A stretch of 59,198 nucleotides of DNA from an uncultured Candidatus Saccharibacteria bacterium (GTDB lineage Bacteria; Patescibacteriota; Minisyncoccia; Phycocordibacterales; DAORIS01): NCBI GenBank assembly GCA_964442365.1, contig CAYTZA010000002.1:1-59198 (forward strand), given 5' to 3'. The number at the start of each line of letters is the position of its first letter. Positions within the stretch are counted from its first letter, which is position 1. The notes beneath the pieces were generated by a model that saw only the letters and a list, made by a program, of their open reading frames with translations, ran no database searches and was not told the origin of the DNA. This document shows positions 54,416 through 59,198 of the stretch, in pieces. A program made the translations under genes and the position numbers.

Positions 54416-55453
54416 CTAAGAAACTATAGAGTAGTTGCCTGCTTTATCCTTCTTGAAAAACTTTTGATTCTGAAGATTAACTAGAATAGTATTTTCTTTT
54501 ACATATCTCTCTTTAAGCACCTTTTCAATAATCTTCTCTTTAGTGAGAGGTCCGTGTTCTACAATAATATTTTTAATAACATCTTTTACAACACCTGATA
54601 GATATCCCCACTCTTTTAGAGCATAGAGTCCTCTTCCAACCAAAACAAAACGAGGATCTTTTATGAGTTCATTGTGCGTAGTGGCAATATGTGCCTTTTT
54701 ACCAAATAGAGCAGTGATCTTTTTAGCTACTTCAGTAAAGTGTATCGGTGATCCATGTTTACGTATTACCAAAAAGGCGTAATCACGCATACCTTTAGCG
54801 TTTATATTTTGAGAATGAGACACCCCCCACTCACCAAGAGGATTCTTTCCTATCTTTCTTGAGATACGGAGCCAACGATGCAAAATCTCTTCTTGTTTGT
54901 ATTCAGTTGCAACATCTTTAACGTGCTCTAAAAAACGATTAATTATATCCGGTTCTGATACGAGATCTTCATCAGAAAGACTTTCGTATAGTTTGTGAAG
55001 TGAACGATGTACTTGTTCGGACAAAGAATCATCAACATGCCAACGATGTTTAAAATGATCATCTTCTTTTACACGCTTAAAGGCATGTCCAAGTGTTAAC
55101 AAAAGATTGATATGATTCTGTGTACTTTTGTCTTTACTTATGTGCTGTAGTAAATCTTCTTCAGTAATTACACCACCAAGTTTTTTAATAAGAACTTCGA
55201 GTTCTTTGAAGATAGCACTTGAGGACTCGAATTCTTTTGACTTACGAATATTAGTTATAGCGTAGTTTTCTATTTGTCGAACACGTTCACGAGTAATACC
55301 ATAGCGCTTACCAATAGCATCAAGAGTCATTTTTTCAGTATCAGCACCAAGACCATATCTAGAAACAATTACATCACGAGCGCGCGGAGGAAGCATGCTC
55401 AAAATTTTCTTCGTCACCTGCTTTGGTTTAAATGAAACTGCTGTGGTGCTCAT
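54416..55453 (-). CDS. Sigma-70 region-4-like HTH protein with C-terminal HARE-HTH-like domain
   Basis: RARDVIVSRYGL...TLDAIGKRYGITRERVRQIENYAI (region 4). C-terminal ...IHFTEVAKKI...LVGRGLYALKEWGY (HARE-HTH/RpoE-delta-like). Confidence 0.7.
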   Translation of the reverse strand: MSTTAVSFKPKQVTKKILSMLPPRARDVIVSRYGLGADTEKMTLDAIGKRYGITRERVRQIENYAITNIRKSKEFESSSAIFKELEVLIKKLGGVITEEDLLQHISKDKSTQNHINLLLTLGHAFKRVKEDDHFKHRWHVDDSLSEQVHRSLHKLYESLSDEDLVSEPDIINRFLEHVKDVATEYKQEEILHRWLRISRKIGKNPLGEWGVSHSQNINAKGMRDYAFLVIRKHGSPIHFTEVAKKITALFGKKAHIATTHNELIKDPRFVLVGRGLYALKEWGYLSGVVKDVIKNIIVEHGPLTKEKIIEKVLKERYVKENTILVNLQNQKFFKKDKAGNYSIVS

Positions 55454-55508
55454 AAATATATATTTTTATATACTACTATATTTACTATAACTATGCAAAT
55501 ATGTCAAA

Positions 55509-57803
55509 TCATTCATGGATAACTATATTTACAAGTCTACCTTTTACGTAAATAACCTTAATAATCTTTTTTCCGACAATCCATTTTTGTACGTCTGGTA
55601 AAGATTGTGCTCTATCTTTAATAATTTGTTCATCTTCAGAGATTTGTATATCAAGTTCTGATCGAGTTTTTCCATTGATCTGAATCGCTATAGTAGCCTT
55701 ATTTTCTACTATTTTAGAGGGATTATATATAGGCCACGACTCTTGATGAATAGAAGTTTTTTTCTTTTTCATAGATGACCATATCTCTTCTGTTATATGA
55801 GGAGCAAATGGAGCCAGTAACTGAAGAAGGTGTATGTAATACGACTGCGCAAGTTGCTCTTTTTTATCCATTTCATTGACCATAATCATAAGAGCAGATA
55901 CAGCAGTATTAAATTGCATACGTTCTATATCTTCAGATACTTTTCTCATTGTCTTATGAATCACTGTTTCAAGTGAAGCATCAAAAGGAGCCTTCGGTAC
56001 AAGTTTTTCTTGCAAACGCCACACTTTTTCTATAAAACGTCGAACGCCGATCATGTTTTTTGTACTCCAAGTGATCGATTGATCAAAAGGACCCATAAAA
56101 AGTTCGTACAAACGCAAACTATCAGCACCGTAAAGTTTTATAATCTCGTCTGGATTGATAACATTGCCATATCTTTTACTCATTTTGCGACCATCTTCAG
56201 CCATGATAAGACCGACGTGTTGTAAACGTTTAAAGGGCTCCTTATTTGATACTACTCCAATATCGTATAAGAATTTATGCCAAAATCTTGCGTATATAAG
56301 ATGTCGTGTTGCATGTTCAGCTCCTCCTACATAGAGATCAACTTCATTCCAATATTTTTCTTTCTCTGAATCAACAATAACCTTTTTATTTTTTGGATCC
56401 ATATAGCGCAAGTAATACCACGAAGATCCCGCCCACTGAGGCATGGTATTTGATTCTCTTTTCCAAATTTCTTTCCCTCTTTTTACATTGCTCCAACGAG
56501 TAATTCCAGCAAGTGGTGATTCTCCTGTGCCTGTAGGTTCATAGTATTTGACCTTAGGAAGCTCTACTGGTAGTTCTTTCTCTGATACGGGCATAACGGT
56601 GCCATCTGGAGTGTGGAATACTGGTATAGGCTCTCCCCAGTAGCGCTGTCGTGAAAATACCCAATCTCGAAGTTTGTATTTTACTGTTTTAATACCAAAC
56701 TTTGAAATAACTTCTTCTGATGCCTCTGGAGCTTCTTTTACTGGTAATTTATATTTCTCGGCAAACTGAGCGTCTCTTTCATCGTGAGCCGGTACAGCCA
56801 TAACAGCACCAGTACCGTAATCTGCTAGTACATAATCAGCAACCCAGACAGGTATTTCTTCTCCTGTAGCAGGATTAATTGCTTTTATATCTTTTATTTC
56901 TACACCAGTTTTTTCTTTTGTAGTATCCGTTCTTTCTATCTCGGTTTTCTTTTTTGTTCTTTCTATATATTCAATAACTTTAGTATCTTCAGTAAGTTTT
57001 AAAACAAGAGGATGCTCTGGAGCAAGAACAATATACGTCACACCAAAAAGCGTGTCTGCACGAGTAGTAAAAATTTTAATCTTTTCTGTTCTGTCTTTAA
57101 CTGAAAAATCAATCTCTACCCCTTCACTTCTTCCAATCCAATTACGTTGTGATTCTTTAATTGATTCTGGCCAATCTAAAGTATCAATATCAGATAACAA
57201 TCGATCAGCATAATCAGTAATTTTCAATACCCACTGACGCAAAAGCTTTTTTTCTACAGGAGTACCACAACGTTCACAACAACCATTTTCAATATCCTCT
57301 TTTGCAAGAACTGTTTTGTCTACAGGACACCAATCCACAGGCTCATTTGATTCATACGCAAGTCCTTTCTCAAGAAGTTTAAGAAATATCCATTGAGTCC
57401 ATTTGTAATATTTTGGATCTGTGGTGTTTATTTCACGTGACCAATCATAATCAAAACCAATAATTTGAAGTTGCTCTTTGTATCTAGCAACATTCTTTTT
57501 AACTGCCACCACAGGATTTGTTTTTGTTTTAATCGCATAGTTCTCTGCTGGTAAACCAAAAGCATCAAAACCCATAGGGTGAAGTACATTGAAACCTTGC
57601 ATGCGCTTCATGCGTGATACTACATCGGTCGCTATATATCCTTTTGGATGTCCAACATGCAATCCTTCTCCGGATGGGTAAGGAAACATGTCTAACACAT
57701 AGTATTTCGGTTTATTAAGATCGTCAGAAGTTTTGTATATTTTCTTGCGAGCCCAGACTTTCTGCCACTTTTTCTCAATCTGCGCCGGATTATATTCCTT
57801 CAT
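55509..57803 (-). CDS. leuS: Leucyl-tRNA synthetase (compact, 764 aa)
   Basis: PYPSGEGLHVGH, editing TTRADT...GTGAVMAVPAHDERD, and KMSKRYGN. Confidence 0.96.
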   Translation of the reverse strand: MKEYNPAQIEKKWQKVWARKKIYKTSDDLNKPKYYVLDMFPYPSGEGLHVGHPKGYIATDVVSRMKRMQGFNVLHPMGFDAFGLPAENYAIKTKTNPVVAVKKNVARYKEQLQIIGFDYDWSREINTTDPKYYKWTQWIFLKLLEKGLAYESNEPVDWCPVDKTVLAKEDIENGCCERCGTPVEKKLLRQWVLKITDYADRLLSDIDTLDWPESIKESQRNWIGRSEGVEIDFSVKDRTEKIKIFTTRADTLFGVTYIVLAPEHPLVLKLTEDTKVIEYIERTKKKTEIERTDTTKEKTGVEIKDIKAINPATGEEIPVWVADYVLADYGTGAVMAVPAHDERDAQFAEKYKLPVKEAPEASEEVISKFGIKTVKYKLRDWVFSRQRYWGEPIPVFHTPDGTVMPVSEKELPVELPKVKYYEPTGTGESPLAGITRWSNVKRGKEIWKRESNTMPQWAGSSWYYLRYMDPKNKKVIVDSEKEKYWNEVDLYVGGAEHATRHLIYARFWHKFLYDIGVVSNKEPFKRLQHVGLIMAEDGRKMSKRYGNVINPDEIIKLYGADSLRLYELFMGPFDQSITWSTKNMIGVRRFIEKVWRLQEKLVPKAPFDASLETVIHKTMRKVSEDIERMQFNTAVSALMIMVNEMDKKEQLAQSYYIHLLQLLAPFAPHITEEIWSSMKKKKTSIHQESWPIYNPSKIVENKATIAIQINGKTRSELDIQISEDEQIIKDRAQSLPDVQKWIVGKKIIKVIYVKGRLVNIVIHE

Positions 57804-57817
57804 ATGAATCGAGTATA

Positions 57818-58729
57818 TTAACGAATATTTTTACTAACTGGAGGATATCGTTCTGGATCTATAGTACGAGCAAAACATCGGGTACCGGCATCATGTTGCC
57901 AATTTTCTCCAACAGGTTCAGACATAATTCCACGAGCAGAAAGACTAAAGTTTGCACACAATTCGAAAGAAGTCGGCGAAAGTACTTTGTATGTATAAGA
58001 TTCTTTTGTTTCTGGATCTACAGGAATTACTCCATAATCAGCCAAAGGATCTTTCAAAGCATCGATTGATACTGGTAATACTGATTTTTGTTGCCAAAAA
58101 TTGATTACTCGCCACTGAATTGTTTGCAAATCAGATATTCTCTGATTGTCTAATCTAAGCGATTTTTGAGTAATTGGAGAACCTAGAACATAGAAACCAA
58201 AACCAAGAATAATAAGAACAACGATAACGTCGCTTATCCAAATTGTATTGAATACTGATTTTTTATCTGTAATTCCACGCAAGTTTAAAATATAGTAAGA
58301 AAATACCATACCTGTAATAATCAACACGGCAAGAACTTTCAAAATAAAACCTGTTCCGATCTCACCACCCAAGAAATTGTTAAGTAAAACAACAAGATCA
58401 ATCACCATAACAAGACCTGTAACAAAAAGAGTAAGATATACTGACCAGCGTCTAATCGGTAATTCTTTTTTCTCTGGAGATTTTAAAGTTTCTTTATTGT
58501 TAATCCAACCAAGAATTATATACAAAGGATAAAATACAATAATAGAAGCAATAGCGGTTTTTATTCCTGAAGAATACGGATCAACATAATATGTCGCACG
58601 TATTACATCAGGAAAAAGTGCATCGATTATGCCAAACAAGAGCGTAATCATACTAATCACACTCACATATAGAGCCACCATGATTCCAAGATTTAGAAAA
58701 AAGTCTTTAGGAGTTGTTTTTGTATTCAT
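57818..58729 (-). CDS. DUF5671-like polytopic membrane protein
   Basis: TPKDFFLNLGIMVALYVSV... with six TM segments and a C-terminal soluble Cys-containing domain. This family is common in CPR. Confidence 0.6.
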   Translation of the reverse strand: MNTKTTPKDFFLNLGIMVALYVSVISMITLLFGIIDALFPDVIRATYYVDPYSSGIKTAIASIIVFYPLYIILGWINNKETLKSPEKKELPIRRWSVYLTLFVTGLVMVIDLVVLLNNFLGGEIGTGFILKVLAVLIITGMVFSYYILNLRGITDKKSVFNTIWISDVIVVLIILGFGFYVLGSPITQKSLRLDNQRISDLQTIQWRVINFWQQKSVLPVSIDALKDPLADYGVIPVDPETKESYTYKVLSPTSFELCANFSLSARGIMSEPVGENWQHDAGTRCFARTIDPERYPPVSKNIR

Positions 58730-58893
58730 AGGTTATGTTTAGTTATGTAGTAATAATAGCAAAACTATACCACGTTAAACATGAAATATGAAATCGTCCT
58801 TCAAATAATTTCTCATCTAACATAAAGATTTAACATCATGGTACAATTTACTTAGATTTGCGTAGCAATTTTATTTAACATATCATTTGACTC

Positions 58894-59198
58894 ATGAAAA
58901 ATACATTTAATGTGCCCGAAGGATATCTTACTGGTTCCGAGTTAACTAGAGAGGATATACTTAAAAAAGTAAGAGAAGCAAATAATTTTGATCACTTAAT
59001 AAATATTGTTGATAATTACAATGGTGACTTTAATGAACCTGGGGTAGAACAAACAGTAACACTTCACAGACCGATGACTGGTAAAAGTTTAGCCGAAATT
59101 TTAAGATTAGTTGGTTCTGGTAAGGCTCAACTTAAAGAGTTTAATTTTATCCCTGAAGAAATACGCACAAAAGCTGAGCAATTACTACCCCTTGAAAA
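58894..59198 (+). CDS. Hypothetical protein, 5' partial (runs off the window)
   Basis: Hand-translated from ATG 58894 as MKNTFNVPEGYLTGSELTREDILKKVREANNF... with no stop to the window end. Absent from the ORF track, presumably because it has no stop. Confidence 0.5.
   Translation, partial: MKNTFNVPEGYLTGSELTREDILKKVREANNFDHLINIVDNYNGDFNEPGVEQTVTLHRPMTGKSLAEILRLVGSGKAQLKEFNFIPEEIRTKAEQLLPLE

Noticed and set aside
1-59198. CRISPR arrays, IS elements/transposases, integrases, rRNA operons, UGA-recoding (code 25)
   Set aside because: No regularly spaced repeats, no transposase- or integrase-like ORFs, and no rRNA-like sequence were seen. Conserved genes terminate normally at TGA (for example mraY), so the standard code applies.

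Overview
AT-rich, tightly packed bacterial segment. I counted 23/60 G+C in a dnaB stretch. About 60 CDS lie mostly on the minus strand, often with 1-10 nt gaps or overlaps. Gene content and trimmed enzyme architectures suggest a reduced-genome CPR/Patescibacteria (Parcubacteria-like) organism using the standard code; this is inference.

Recognisable core genes:
- Ribosomal and transcription genes: L21, L9, L27, and the block infA-rpmJ-rpsM-rpsK-rpsD-rpoA-rplQ-rplM-rpsI.
- Seven aminoacyl-tRNA synthetases: Cys, Glu, Trp, Asp, Lys (class II), Ala, Leu.
- DNA metabolism and segregation: dnaB, recR, rmuC, scpAB.
- Envelope genes: mraY-ftsW-murG, a DacA-like carboxypeptidase, an M23 peptidase, mltG, and a CtpA-like protease.
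- Others: grpE-dnaK-dnaJ, mnmA, NDH-2, and one tRNA-Glu(CUC).

I saw no rRNA, CRISPR array, transposase or integrase.

Most interesting observations:
1. An operon (28156-31899) whose central protein fuses an aldehyde-dehydrogenase fold to what looks like the C-terminal tRNA-binding module of class I LysRS. It is flanked by a 4-TM SMR/DMT-like protein and an orphan sensor kinase.
2. Three loci where a poorly characterised protein gene has a GC-rich structured RNA element at its 3' end. Two of these elements have their own near-consensus convergent promoter, including one next to a DUF3800 gene.
3. A 25-bp duplication of the tRNA-Glu 3' end next to several compositionally foreign, GC-rich ORFs (an att-like scar).

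All family assignments are by-eye motif recognition and need HMM or structure confirmation.
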